Source: an uncultured Verrucomicrobiota bacterium
GTDB taxonomy: Bacteria; Verrucomicrobiota; Verrucomicrobiia; Limisphaerales; AAA164-E04
Length of the DNA stretch: 64,000 nt
Direction of reading: 5' to 3'
Assembly: GCA_964342405.1 (NCBI GenBank)
Contig: CAYFGX010000022.1
Location: 12,411-76,410, forward strand
Below are positions 1-9,629 of the stretch, piece after piece. Position numbers and translations under genes: made by a program. The stretch's first letter is position 1, and each line of letters opens with the position of its first letter. The notes beneath the pieces are model-generated. The model was not told the origin of the DNA. It saw only the letters and a list, made by a program, of their open reading frames with translations, and did not search any database.

Positions 1-11
1 GCCGGTGATAG

Positions 12-88
12 GATTACGCTATTACGGAGATCGATCCTGATCTCTGGTCATGAAACTGGTACTCGATACGAATGCCTATTCGGAATCA
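12..88 (+). pseudogene. vapBC relic: antitoxin C-terminus (..EIDPDLWS*) coupled by ATGA overlap to a truncated PIN toxin start (MKLVLDTNAYS..)
   Basis: ATG 50-52 overlaps TGA 51-53. MKLVLDTNAY is a typical PIN N-terminus. Similarity stops after about 12 codons, where the convergent kinase 3' end begins. Confidence 0.6.
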
Positions 89-2835
89 AGCTGCCGAGAA
101 TGCTTCGTCCACACAACTTGCGTGCGCTCGGTTCTATTCTCTCCCAACAATTTCGATAGAAGAATCCGATCGCCAACGGCGTCATAAGCAAAACTGACCG
201 AACCTTCCGTATTGATGAATTCACTTCCTGGCCAGGGAACTGGCGATCCGATCACAAACGACTCGTCAACAACTCTAAATTTCGCCACGAACACCTTCCT
301 CTCTTTCAATCCTTGCCCTTCACCTCGATCCACATAGAGCAACTCCTTTGTATTCATAGACCAAGCCACTCCCCTTGAAGAAAACGCAGACAGAGAAAGC
401 ACTTTGGTCGGGCCCGTGTTGTCTGACCGCCGAATGAATAGCCGATAACGAAGCGATTCCGTCGACGCGTAAACCACCCATTTGCCATCAGGGGAAAATA
501 ACCCATTGGACATTCGAGAGCCAGATTCCAAAAACTCTTCATTCCCCTTAACAGTCCATCCAGTTTTTGAGTCACCACTCAAATTTAATAACAACAAATC
601 ATTATCACCTTCTTCCTTCTCTCGATGTACCAAGAGCTGTCGGCCATTTGAATGCATTGAAAGGGGGATCAAAAAAGTCTCGTTCTCAATGAGAATATGA
701 GCCCCCCCAACTCTATCGGCACGCAGCCATCCCAGAGCAGGCATTGAAGATCGATCCGCTACCGAATAGATGATCGCTGAACTATCGGGACTCCAAATCG
801 GAAAAAGCTCAACATCACCATCATGGGTCAATTGTATCGGCGATGGCCGATCCAGGTCGGACATCCACAACTCAACCCCACGGTCTCCAATCAGAGAGTA
901 AGCAGCCGATTTTCCATCCGGCGATAGGCTAAAGGAATGGTATCTGGCCTTAGGTAGAAACTCGGTCTTGACTCCATCCCGATCAACCCAATCGAGAGTA
1001 TGTTCACGGTTTCGCCTTTCTACAAAGATGAGATCGCCATTAGCAGAGATTTCGAATCCTGCTGCCCCTCCAAAATACCCTTCAACGCCTTCCTCCAATG
1101 GCCGCGGAGTCCCCTTGACATTCAAAGTCTGTGGGTCCATCGCCAAGCTCAGCAGTCGGTCGCCAGCTAGAAAAATAAGTTGACCGTTCTCAAGGTAGCG
1201 CGGACTCGTCCCGCCATCATAAATCAATTCAGAGCGATCCTCCGATAAACGGTGCAACCTGAGGTCGGCAACATTGAAGGCACCTTTCGCACTATGGGCT
1301 ACGAACACAACATCCTTCCCTCCTGGTAGGAAATCTGGCCATCGATGCGTGATATCACGTCCCTCCAACTGGGTTAAGATTTGAGGCTCACCGCCGGTAT
1401 CAGGAATGTATCGCAATCCGCCTGTTTCGACGCCAAACACAATTGTCCCATCGTCCCCCCAGTCCATCCCTACCGAATCTTTAGCAGGACAAAGGTTGGT
1501 TACCGGTCCTCCCGTAATCTTCACCTTCTTGATCCAACCCTCCTCATAATCACGAAAAGCCACCCACTGGCCGTCGGGCGAAAAACAGAATTGATCCGCC
1601 GTATTAGCGCCAGCCAAAGGCGTCGGATCTAATTGATCGAGTCTTCTCAGAAAAATCTGCGCTTCTCCCGAAGAGTTTCTCACGACCCCCACGAAACCAA
1701 GCATTGAACCATCTGGAGACAACTTGATTGCTCGACCGCCGGCGGTATGGAGTCCAAGGTTACCTCCGAGCTCCATTCTAACGCGACGCAGTGAATCCCT
1801 CGTCAATTCAGACGACGACACAAGATCCGAAACCGGTTTTAATTTCCAAACAAAAAAGCCCGTCAAAGCACTGGCCACCAGAGCTATCCCGATGCCGGTC
1901 ATGATGGAAAAACGGCGCGGCGCCACACTGCGCGACGGAGAGCTTTCGGCGCCAGCAATCGAATCATTGGAGGGACTGGAAATCGCTAACTCGAGATCGA
2001 CTCGAGCGTCCGCAATCTCATGCAAGCGCTGGTCTCGATCCTTTGCAAGGCACTTCCTCAACAAGTAGTATACGGGTCGAGGCAACTCCGGGGGAACAAG
2101 CGCCCAGTTGGGTTCGCCCTTCAGAATGGCGGCCAAGGTATCCGCAACGTCCTCTCCCGCAAATGGACTTGCCCCGGCAAGACATTCAAAAAGCACACAT
2201 CCAAAAGCCCAGATATCAGACCGCTTGTCGACCTGTCTCCCCTTGGCCTGCTCTGGAGACATATAAGCCGCAGTTCCGAGTATCGCTCCGGGTCTAGTAT
2301 GAACATCCGTGATCGTCGGTGAATCTTCACTCACACCGCAACGATCAAGATTCTCACCGACGTCGCTCAGTGCTTTAGCAAGTCCGAAGTCCAACACCTT
2401 CAAACCGCCATCATCACCGACCTTGATATTGGCAGGCTTGAGATCTCGATGGATGATTCCTTTATCATGAGCCGCCTCCAATGCTACAGCGATCTGCTTA
2501 GCAACCAAAAGCGACTCTTTAACCGGCAACGGTCCACGGCGTAGTCTCTCAGAAAGATCCTCCGAATCTAAATACTCCATCACCAGGAAATAAAATCCCT
2601 CGTGTTCATCAAAGCCATGAACGGTCGCGATATTTGCATGGCTCAATTGAGCCAACACCCTCGCCTCACGCTCAAAACGCGCTAGCCTTTCCTTGTCCTG
2701 GGCCAAATCCTCAGGCAACACCTTGAGCGCGACTTGACGATCCAACTTCGTGTCAACGGCCAACCACACCTCACCCATTCCTCCTTGTCCCAACTTGGAG
2801 ACGATATCGTAGTGGGCGATTGTCTTACCTATCAC
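76..2835 (-). CDS. Membrane Ser/Thr protein kinase with C-terminal TolB/PD40-like beta-propellers
   Basis: GQGGMGEV, VALK, HRDLKPAN, DFG and YMSPEQ motifs; one TM segment; repeated (F/W)SPDG blades. GTG at 2835 (VIGKTIAHY) is a likelier start than 2883. Confidence 0.92.
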   Translation of the reverse strand: MIGKTIAHYDIVSKLGQGGMGEVWLAVDTKLDRQVALKVLPEDLAQDKERLARFEREARVLAQLSHANIATVHGFDEHEGFYFLVMEYLDSEDLSERLRRGPLPVKESLLVAKQIAVALEAAHDKGIIHRDLKPANIKVGDDGGLKVLDFGLAKALSDVGENLDRCGVSEDSPTITDVHTRPGAILGTAAYMSPEQAKGRQVDKRSDIWAFGCVLFECLAGASPFAGEDVADTLAAILKGEPNWALVPPELPRPVYYLLRKCLAKDRDQRLHEIADARVDLELAISSPSNDSIAGAESSPSRSVAPRRFSIMTGIGIALVASALTGFFVWKLKPVSDLVSSSELTRDSLRRVRMELGGNLGLHTAGGRAIKLSPDGSMLGFVGVVRNSSGEAQIFLRRLDQLDPTPLAGANTADQFCFSPDGQWVAFRDYEEGWIKKVKITGGPVTNLCPAKDSVGMDWGDDGTIVFGVETGGLRYIPDTGGEPQILTQLEGRDITHRWPDFLPGGKDVVFVAHSAKGAFNVADLRLHRLSEDRSELIYDGGTSPRYLENGQLIFLAGDRLLSLAMDPQTLNVKGTPRPLEEGVEGYFGGAAGFEISANGDLIFVERRNREHTLDWVDRDGVKTEFLPKARYHSFSLSPDGKSAAYSLIGDRGVELWMSDLDRPSPIQLTHDGDVELFPIWSPDSSAIIYSVADRSSMPALGWLRADRVGGAHILIENETFLIPLSMHSNGRQLLVHREKEEGDNDLLLLNLSGDSKTGWTVKGNEEFLESGSRMSNGLFSPDGKWVVYASTESLRYRLFIRRSDNTGPTKVLSLSAFSSRGVAWSMNTKELLYVDRGEGQGLKERKVFVAKFRVVDESFVIGSPVPWPGSEFINTEGSVSFAYDAVGDRILLSKLLGENRTERTQVVWTKHSRQLDSE

Positions 2836-2912
2836 AACAGGGACGACAGGACGCGACAGTTGATTGCTCCAGCAAAAGCTCAAGACCTAAATCCGCTTCC
2901 ACCACGATACCA

Positions 2913-3476
2913 CTAGGTTTTACCTGCATCGGACTTCAACTCACACAACAACCACGCCCGAGCATAGGCCCAGTGGCGCTTTGCTGTCGCCGGTGAAATC
3001 CCCATCGCCTCAGCCGCTTCTTTGAGTTTAAGTCCGGCAAAGAATCTCAATTCCACAAGTTTAGCTTTCTCTGGCGATTCCAGAGCGAATCTTTGAAGCG
3101 CTTCGTCCAGGCTCAATAACGTGGTGTTGTCGGTGTTGATGGCGAAATCCACCGAATCCAGATTCACTCGTTGCAACCCGGCGCCGTGCCGAACTCGATT
3201 TCGCTTCCGTGCTCGATCAATCAAAATGCGCCGCATCGCCTCAGCGGCCGCAGCAAAGTAATGCCCTCGACCATTCCAAGGTTTCTGATTTCCTGACAAT
3301 TTAATCCACGCCTCATGAACAAGGGCCGTTGGCTGGAGCGTGTGTTCTGATCCTTCTTGGGCAAGCCGGGCCGCAGCGAGTTTTCTGAGCTCGTCGTAGA
3401 CCAAGGGCAGCAGTTCGTCGTTCGCCGTCGGACTGCCGGATTCAATCGCCTCTAAAATGGTCGTGACGTCTCTCAC
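2913..3476 (-). CDS. ECF sigma factor, kinase-associated type (TIGR02999 / ECF43-like)
   Basis: LLPLVYDELRKLA, HTLQPTALVHEA, AAAEAMRRILIDRAR, VELRFFAGL and WAYARAWL motifs. Confidence 0.93.
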   Translation of the reverse strand: MRDVTTILEAIESGSPTANDELLPLVYDELRKLAAARLAQEGSEHTLQPTALVHEAWIKLSGNQKPWNGRGHYFAAAAEAMRRILIDRARKRNRVRHGAGLQRVNLDSVDFAINTDNTTLLSLDEALQRFALESPEKAKLVELRFFAGLKLKEAAEAMGISPATAKRHWAYARAWLLCELKSDAGKT

Positions 3477-3485
3477 GGGAGCAGA

Positions 3486-6400
3486 CTACTTCAAATCGGA
3501 TCCAAAACCAATTTCTGGCTCGGCATTCGAGTCCGCACGCGGTGCACGGCAAACATGCCAGACGAATCTCATGGCTCCGAGTGCAGGTCGCGCATCCTGA
3601 CCACCGATCAGCAGAATATCATTAGTGAGAAAAGTGAGATTGTGCACCCGACGAAACAGATGTGAGAGGTCCAACACACCCAGCTCGCGCTGGAGTTGGG
3701 CATCCCAAATAGACACCTGACCGTCGACGGATCCGGCCACCAAACGACGCCCATCCGGTGAAAGACCAAGCGAATGGATCGCCGTTAGATGCGATCTAAT
3801 AGAACTCCCCACTGGCTCCAAAGTCTCGAGATCCCAGCAGCGCGCATAGCCATCCAAGCCTCCCGTGAAAAGCCGTTTTCCGTCGGGAGACCACGCAACA
3901 CCCGTGATGATCTGCCCGTGCGCGGGAAAGGCTCGCCCACTGCTCCCGTCGTCACCCACAATAATGACGTTTCCACCAACAGTCACGAAGACTGGGGCTC
4001 TGAGTGATGGCGCGATATCGGCCCATAAGAAATAGCGGCCGCGCTCACCATATTCCGGCCAGGGATGAAATTCTGGAGTTCCTCCATTCCACCGCGCCAA
4101 TGGAGCGAAACCCTCTCCGTCAATAATGAGATGGGATCGACTCAAGTTATTTCTCGCGAGAACGCTCTGAGCAAATCGGATCGAATCGCCGTCGCTCGCC
4201 GTTATCACAGTCCTGTGAACGACTCTCTCCGAAGATATATCGACTTCAAACAATTGCCGAGAAGCTCTCGCTTCAGCCTCGGTCAGCAACCAAAGCCTCC
4301 CGCCCCAACCCAGGGCCATTTGCAGCACAGGTCCATCCGGACTTTGAATGGCCCTACTCTTCAGGATTCCTTTCGAGCCTACTTCGAACAACCGAACTAG
4401 GGTCTGATCCGTTCCGTCTATTCCAGCGAGAAGAGAAGCTTCACCGTCAGGCGCCCGAGCTAAGGCAGGAGAGTTCACGTCGGATAGGAATCTTAATATC
4501 GGATCTCGACCCAGAGCTGGAATCGCGGGCCACAGCCGAACAGAACCGTCTTTGCCGCCAGAAGCCAACAAAGATCCGTCCTTTGAAAGAGCAAGACTCC
4601 ATACCTCATCTGTATGCCCACGGTACCTCTTCAGAAGGTCGCCCGATTCGACATCCCAAATACAAACACTCTGATCCGCGGCTCCCGAATACAACCACCG
4701 CCCGTCCGGTGAAAACTCCAATGAAGAAACCCAGGCCGTGTGCCCAAGTAACTCCCTAACTGGCTCCCCACTCCGTACATCAAAAAGCCGAATGACCGGA
4801 GGGTCAAAGTGTCCTGAGGCCACCAGGCCACTCGCCGAGCTGACAGCCAAGCAGTCATGACGCCCACCACTCATCACTTCCAAGCCTTCGCGCTTCCCCT
4901 CCATCTGAAACACCTCAAATCGTCCTCCCCCGCGCCGGCTTGATCCGATCACCACGATCCGTTTATCCCTCGAGATGGCCACCGGTCCTCTGCCAGCATC
5001 GGAAAGAAACTCAGCCTCCTTGGTCTTCCAATCGAAAAGATTCCAACCACGCTCACCTTGAAGATTCAAAATCCGAGATCCGTCCGCCAAAAAACCAATC
5101 GACCGATGCTGGTTACCTGAGCCCACACTTGCCACATCGCCGACCACCGTTCCTGCCAGCGAATCGACTACCTTCAAACCAACGAGCCTTTTCGCTGATC
5201 GAGAAGAATCCTGATAGACAATCCCGACTTGCCTTCCATTAGGAGACGCAGCCAAAGTTCGAATCCTGCCGAACTCCAGATCCATCAGGGTCTCGATGTC
5301 ACCATTGGTGCGATCCCAAATTTTGACAGATCCATCATAGCTTCCCGACACAACCCGTGTTGAATCTTCCAAGAATGACACCGCGGACACCGCGTTGTCG
5401 TGATGCATACTCCAAGTGATCTCGTCCGTTGCGCTGACCTCACGCCACAGATAACGCCACTCCCAGCCCAATTCGCTCTCAAACTCGGGATCATCCCGAT
5501 ACGGCTCAAGAATGCGCCTTGCCTTCCCGAGGTTATTGTTGGCGAAAGCTAACGCCGCCAAGTTCATGTCCGCAGCGTAAACACTCCGCTTGGCTTCCTT
5601 GGCATAGCGATCCGCCTCTTCCTTTGCCTCAACCGCGATCTTCTCGTTCGTCACCGCTTCCGACTTCGCTTCCTCAGCATCAATGCGAGCCGCCTTCTCA
5701 CGCTTCCAGGAATAAGAGGCAACAACAACACCGACCAAGAGAAAGAGGGTGGCTGTGACGGCTCCTCCCACCAACAACTGATTGCGTCGATAGGCCTTCT
5801 GCAATCGATAACCTAAACTCGGCGGGCGGGCCACGATCGGCTCATTCGACAAATAGCGTTGAAGATCCATCGCCAAGCTATTGGCCGTTTCGTAGCGACG
5901 GGAGCGATCCTTTTCCAAGCACTTCATCGCAATCCAATCCAGGTCGTGAGCAATCGATTCCAAGGGAAGATTCGTTGCGCTCCGCCCATTGGGGATCGTC
6001 GTTTCACTCACACGAGTACTCGGCTTGACCGGATCTCGTTCACGGATAATCTTCCGCATCTCGTCGATGCCAGAGGCCATCAACTCCTTTGTGTCAAACG
6101 GAGTCTCTCCCGTTAGTATCTCATAGAGTAACACTCCAAGACTATAGACATCAGAACGGGTATCGATGTCCAACCCGCTCATCTCCGCCTGCTCCGGACT
6201 CATATAAGCCGGCGTCCCAATGAATTGGCTGTATTGGGTGTAGATGGTCTTATCGGTGAGCTCCCCTTGCGTCGCCTTCGCGATTCCAAAGTCAATCACC
6301 TTCGGAACCGGCTCTCCATCGTGCAAGGTGATCATCACGTTTGACGGTTTGATATCCCGATGAATAATCCCTTTCTGATGGGCGTGCTGGATCGCCTGGC

Positions 6401-6980
6401 AAACCTTGATGAACAGCTGAAGTTTCTGGATGACCTCTGTCCCCTGCTGTTCAAAGTATTTCGTGATGGGGATCCCCTTCACCAACTCCATCACAAAGTA
6501 AGGCCGTCCCGTCTGCGTCGTCCCTGCGTCCAGTACCTTGGCGATATTGGGATGATCCATCATCGCCAATGCCTGGCGCTCCGCCTCGAACCGCGCGACC
6601 ACCTGCTTGGTATCCATCCCCAGCTTGATAATCTTCAGCGCCACTCGCCGCTTCACCGGCTCTCGTTGCTCAGCTGCCCAGACAGACCCAAAGCCCCCTT
6701 CTCCGAGTTTTTCCAGAAGATTGTACCGACCGATCAGCACGCCCTCCTCCTCCGAGACAGGACTATCATCACGTTGCGTCTCAACCGAATCGTCTCCAGG
6801 TAGAAATCCCGTTTCTTCATCATGGGCAGCCAACAGAGCATCTACGCGACTCCGTAGCCCAGCATCATCGCCATAAACACGATCGAGAAAAATCTGGCGC
6901 TCGCTGGCACTCAATGAGACAGCTTCTTGGAATATTGCTTCGACCGAGAGGTGTCTGAATTGGCGATCCGAATCGTTCAT
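3486..6980 (-). CDS. Ser/Thr protein kinase with TM segment, coiled coil and WD40 repeats
   Basis: GEGGFGSV, HRDIKPSN, IDFGIAK and TPAYMSPEQ motifs; multiple GH...WD repeats. Confidence 0.95.
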   Translation of the reverse strand: MNDSDRQFRHLSVEAIFQEAVSLSASERQIFLDRVYGDDAGLRSRVDALLAAHDEETGFLPGDDSVETQRDDSPVSEEEGVLIGRYNLLEKLGEGGFGSVWAAEQREPVKRRVALKIIKLGMDTKQVVARFEAERQALAMMDHPNIAKVLDAGTTQTGRPYFVMELVKGIPITKYFEQQGTEVIQKLQLFIKVCQAIQHAHQKGIIHRDIKPSNVMITLHDGEPVPKVIDFGIAKATQGELTDKTIYTQYSQFIGTPAYMSPEQAEMSGLDIDTRSDVYSLGVLLYEILTGETPFDTKELMASGIDEMRKIIRERDPVKPSTRVSETTIPNGRSATNLPLESIAHDLDWIAMKCLEKDRSRRYETANSLAMDLQRYLSNEPIVARPPSLGYRLQKAYRRNQLLVGGAVTATLFLLVGVVVASYSWKREKAARIDAEEAKSEAVTNEKIAVEAKEEADRYAKEAKRSVYAADMNLAALAFANNNLGKARRILEPYRDDPEFESELGWEWRYLWREVSATDEITWSMHHDNAVSAVSFLEDSTRVVSGSYDGSVKIWDRTNGDIETLMDLEFGRIRTLAASPNGRQVGIVYQDSSRSAKRLVGLKVVDSLAGTVVGDVASVGSGNQHRSIGFLADGSRILNLQGERGWNLFDWKTKEAEFLSDAGRGPVAISRDKRIVVIGSSRRGGGRFEVFQMEGKREGLEVMSGGRHDCLAVSSASGLVASGHFDPPVIRLFDVRSGEPVRELLGHTAWVSSLEFSPDGRWLYSGAADQSVCIWDVESGDLLKRYRGHTDEVWSLALSKDGSLLASGGKDGSVRLWPAIPALGRDPILRFLSDVNSPALARAPDGEASLLAGIDGTDQTLVRLFEVGSKGILKSRAIQSPDGPVLQMALGWGGRLWLLTEAEARASRQLFEVDISSERVVHRTVITASDGDSIRFAQSVLARNNLSRSHLIIDGEGFAPLARWNGGTPEFHPWPEYGERGRYFLWADIAPSLRAPVFVTVGGNVIIVGDDGSSGRAFPAHGQIITGVAWSPDGKRLFTGGLDGYARCWDLETLEPVGSSIRSHLTAIHSLGLSPDGRRLVAGSVDGQVSIWDAQLQRELGVLDLSHLFRRVHNLTFLTNDILLIGGQDARPALGAMRFVWHVCRAPRADSNAEPEIGFGSDLK

Positions 6981-7082
6981 CTATCTATAGTGGCGCCGTC
7001 TTGAAGAAAAGGGCTCATTCGAGGATCAGAATAGCCGCGGTCATTCCAAGCGAGCAACAAACCACATCATCCGTTCCGCATA

Positions 7083-7118
7083 TTGACAGTCTACCCATAA
7101 AACCATATTAATACCCAT
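7083..7118 (+). promoter_or_regulatory. sigma70 promoter and probable autoregulatory operator of vapBC
   Basis: TTGACA at 7083-88, TATTAAT at 7106-12, three (C)CCATA repeats, ATG at 7119. Confidence 0.6.
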
Positions 7119-7364
7119 ATGAAAACGACGGTTGAACTTCCTGATGCTCTTTTTCGATCGCTCAAGGAGACTGCTGCTCGCCGAAACACAACGTTAAAGG
7201 AAATATTCATCCACGCCTTAAAACGAGAAGTTGCCACTGATGCCGAAACGAATCTGCCATTTGAGATCGACGAGCTCGGCTTGCCCATACTCCTCAACCA
7301 GAAGAAGCCAGTATCCATCGAGCTCGTGAATGCTCTGAGAGATGATGAAGAGCTCCGTCCGTGA
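7119..7364 (+). CDS. VapB-like ribbon-helix-helix antitoxin
   Basis: MKTTVELPDALF N-terminus; GTGA overlap with the downstream PIN gene. Confidence 0.85.
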   Translation: MKTTVELPDALFRSLKETAARRNTTLKEIFIHALKREVATDAETNLPFEIDELGLPILLNQKKPVSIELVNALRDDEELRP

Positions 7365-7795
7365 ATCTGCTTGATGTCAACGTGCTGGTCGCTCTAGCCG
7401 ATCCGCTGCATACGCACAGGGACGAGGCAAAGACCTGGTTTCGAAACTCAGCACGTCACGGCTGGGCGACGTGCCCGCTCACCGAGAACGCTTTCGTCCG
7501 AATCCTCGGGCACCCCGCTTACCCAAACGGCCCTCAGAATCCGATTGGAGCGCTACAGATCCTCCGGCATCTGACCTCCCTTCCTGGTCACCAATTCTGG
7601 GAAGACACCCTTTCCCTAACCGATAAAGAACGATTTCATCTCAAACGCGGAACGACGTCGAAGCAATTAACCGATCTCTACTTATTGGGGCTAGCAGTCT
7701 CACGAGAAGCGAAACTCGTTACTCTCGGTCAGCGAATTGAAGCCGGTAGCGTCGTCAACGGACACACAGCATTATTCGCCCTCAACGCTCGTTAG
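7361..7795 (+). CDS. vapC: VapC-family PIN ribonuclease toxin
   Basis: LLDVNVLVAL, WATCPLTENAFVRI and QLTDLYLLGLA motifs. The last acidic motif reads TLG instead of T(L/F)D. Confidence 0.88.
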   Translation: MNLLDVNVLVALADPLHTHRDEAKTWFRNSARHGWATCPLTENAFVRILGHPAYPNGPQNPIGALQILRHLTSLPGHQFWEDTLSLTDKERFHLKRGTTSKQLTDLYLLGLAVSREAKLVTLGQRIEAGSVVNGHTALFALNAR

Positions 7796-7819
7796 CCCTG
7801 AGCCATCTTAGCAGCCTAC

Positions 7820-8037
7820 GCAGGCTTCAAGACAAAAATGCTCCAGCGCCTGCAAGATCCCGAATCGCGAGAACGAATGAAGCCCGGCATGTTTGCCGAC
7901 ATCACCATTCTGGATCCAGAGACTGTCCTAGACCAAGCGGGATTCACTACGTCATCGTGAATGGTCAGGTTGTACTGGAGAACAATCAGCACACGGGGGC
8001 AAAGCCACGACGCGCACTGCGCCGAGAGGGCTACTAG
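7820..8037 (+). pseudogene. N-acyl-D-amino-acid deacylase (amidohydrolase) relic
   Basis: Fragments MLQRLQDPESRERMK, PGMFADITILDPETVLDQA and, after a frameshift, GIHYVIVNGQVVLENNQHTGAKPRRALR are joined together. Confidence 0.7.
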
Positions 8038-8049
8038 CTCCTTTGAACC

Positions 8050-9615
8050 CTACTGAATCTGGTAGTCCAAGCGCAATTGGTCCGCCAGCTGTTCTAGCTC
8101 TTCATCGCTCAGAGGGCGATCGTAGATCAACAAGCGAGAGAGCTCGCCATCGAAGGATTCTTTGCCCGGATGATTTGTCGCATCCCGTTCCTGACCAATG
8201 GCCATCTTTGATGAGTTTCCGTCCGCGTAAACCGGAAAGCGTCCACTCGCAACCGGAGCGTTCACATCATTGACGAACAATTCCAAAGGCACTTCACCAA
8301 TTCCGCTGCCCATACGTCCCACCAGTAGGTAGTAACGATTCTCTTCCAACGATTCCGAACCGATCACCATCGGGTTATTCACGTCGAATCGCCCAAATGT
8401 CTTGCCGCTTCGGGATCCCATCCAGGGCCGATTGTCATCGGCGAGGTTTCCCCAGATCCCTTCGTAGTTTCCGTCGTTCCGTAAATTTCCGAAGAATGAG
8501 CTGACATCCTTTAGCCCGGGCACTTGTGTATACGGAGCCAGAATGGCGAGCCAGGTATAACCCGCTCCTGTCAGGAGGTGATCGAACGCATCCTCGTGAT
8601 GATTCACTAACTCCTGGCGATTAAAAACTAGCGTGTTGTGGTAGCGGATAGCTGGCACCTGAAGTTTAAGACGAGGCCGACCGGAGCCTGGGATCGCTCT
8701 TCCTTCATCCTGTTTGACGAATGCCTTCGCCGGACTAGCAGCCACTTGGTTATTCCATTGTGAGACCCGATCGCCCTCTTCAACCATGACCGACTTATCA
8801 GCGTTCAGATCCAGGACTAGATTCTCGGTCATCGGACTAAAGTCAATGTCACCTCCTTCACCAGCAGCCCAGCGGATGCCGCCCAGGACATGCTTTCGAT
8901 AGCCGGGCAGTCCGTAGACTTCCTTGGTATGCCCTAAGGTCGTGAAGAATGACCGTCCGCCATCGTATTCCTGCAGCCAACTAATCGGATGATCCCCGAA
9001 CATCTTATCCTTACCCTGATAAGAACTCTCATCGAGTGAAATCAGCACCTTCACTTTGCCGCGCGGGTTGCTCCCAAAGCGATGCCACTCATCGCGAACA
9101 TTCCAGTGAACCGGCAGATGCAGGGTACTGATATGATCTCTATCCTCCACCTTGAGCCGTGCCATCTGAACGGGGGGATGAGCGACAAGTTTGGTTCCAA
9201 TCAGTTTCTCATACCAATGCTTGAAAGCACCCATCTCATGCCAGATAGCACCCGCACAATGAATCCCCACGAATCCGCCGCCGCCACGAATGTATCGCTG
9301 AAAACCTGCTTGCTGCGTTTCGTTGAAGATTGGCGAAGCGGTTCCGCAATTGTTACTGAAGACAATCACATCGAAGCGTGACAGATCCGGATCGAGAAAG
9401 ATATCTGGATCCTCGGTCGTGGAGACCTGCCACCCTTCCTCTTCGCCCAAGTCCACGATCATCTTCTCGGCCAAGGCCTTCGAGTCATGCACAAACCCGG
9501 TGTCCCCGTTAAAGCTCAGTAATCGGAGTGAACTCTGAGCCTGCAAGAGGCTTTGACACAAGACCACCACGCCCAAGAGCACCACCGAAAGTTTCCATTT
9601 GGAATTGGATCTCAT
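8050..9615 (-). CDS. Secreted ThuA-like domain protein with C-terminal LamG/ConA-like domain
   Basis: Signal peptide; GGGFVGIHCA, DEWH, DHPISW and GRSFFTTLGH (ThuA); C-terminal FDGELSRLLIYDRPLSDEE (LamG). Confidence 0.8.
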   Translation of the reverse strand: MRSNSKWKLSVVLLGVVVLCQSLLQAQSSLRLLSFNGDTGFVHDSKALAEKMIVDLGEEEGWQVSTTEDPDIFLDPDLSRFDVIVFSNNCGTASPIFNETQQAGFQRYIRGGGGFVGIHCAGAIWHEMGAFKHWYEKLIGTKLVAHPPVQMARLKVEDRDHISTLHLPVHWNVRDEWHRFGSNPRGKVKVLISLDESSYQGKDKMFGDHPISWLQEYDGGRSFFTTLGHTKEVYGLPGYRKHVLGGIRWAAGEGGDIDFSPMTENLVLDLNADKSVMVEEGDRVSQWNNQVAASPAKAFVKQDEGRAIPGSGRPRLKLQVPAIRYHNTLVFNRQELVNHHEDAFDHLLTGAGYTWLAILAPYTQVPGLKDVSSFFGNLRNDGNYEGIWGNLADDNRPWMGSRSGKTFGRFDVNNPMVIGSESLEENRYYLLVGRMGSGIGEVPLELFVNDVNAPVASGRFPVYADGNSSKMAIGQERDATNHPGKESFDGELSRLLIYDRPLSDEELEQLADQLRLDYQIQ

Positions 9616-9629
9616 AAAACATCCCTATC

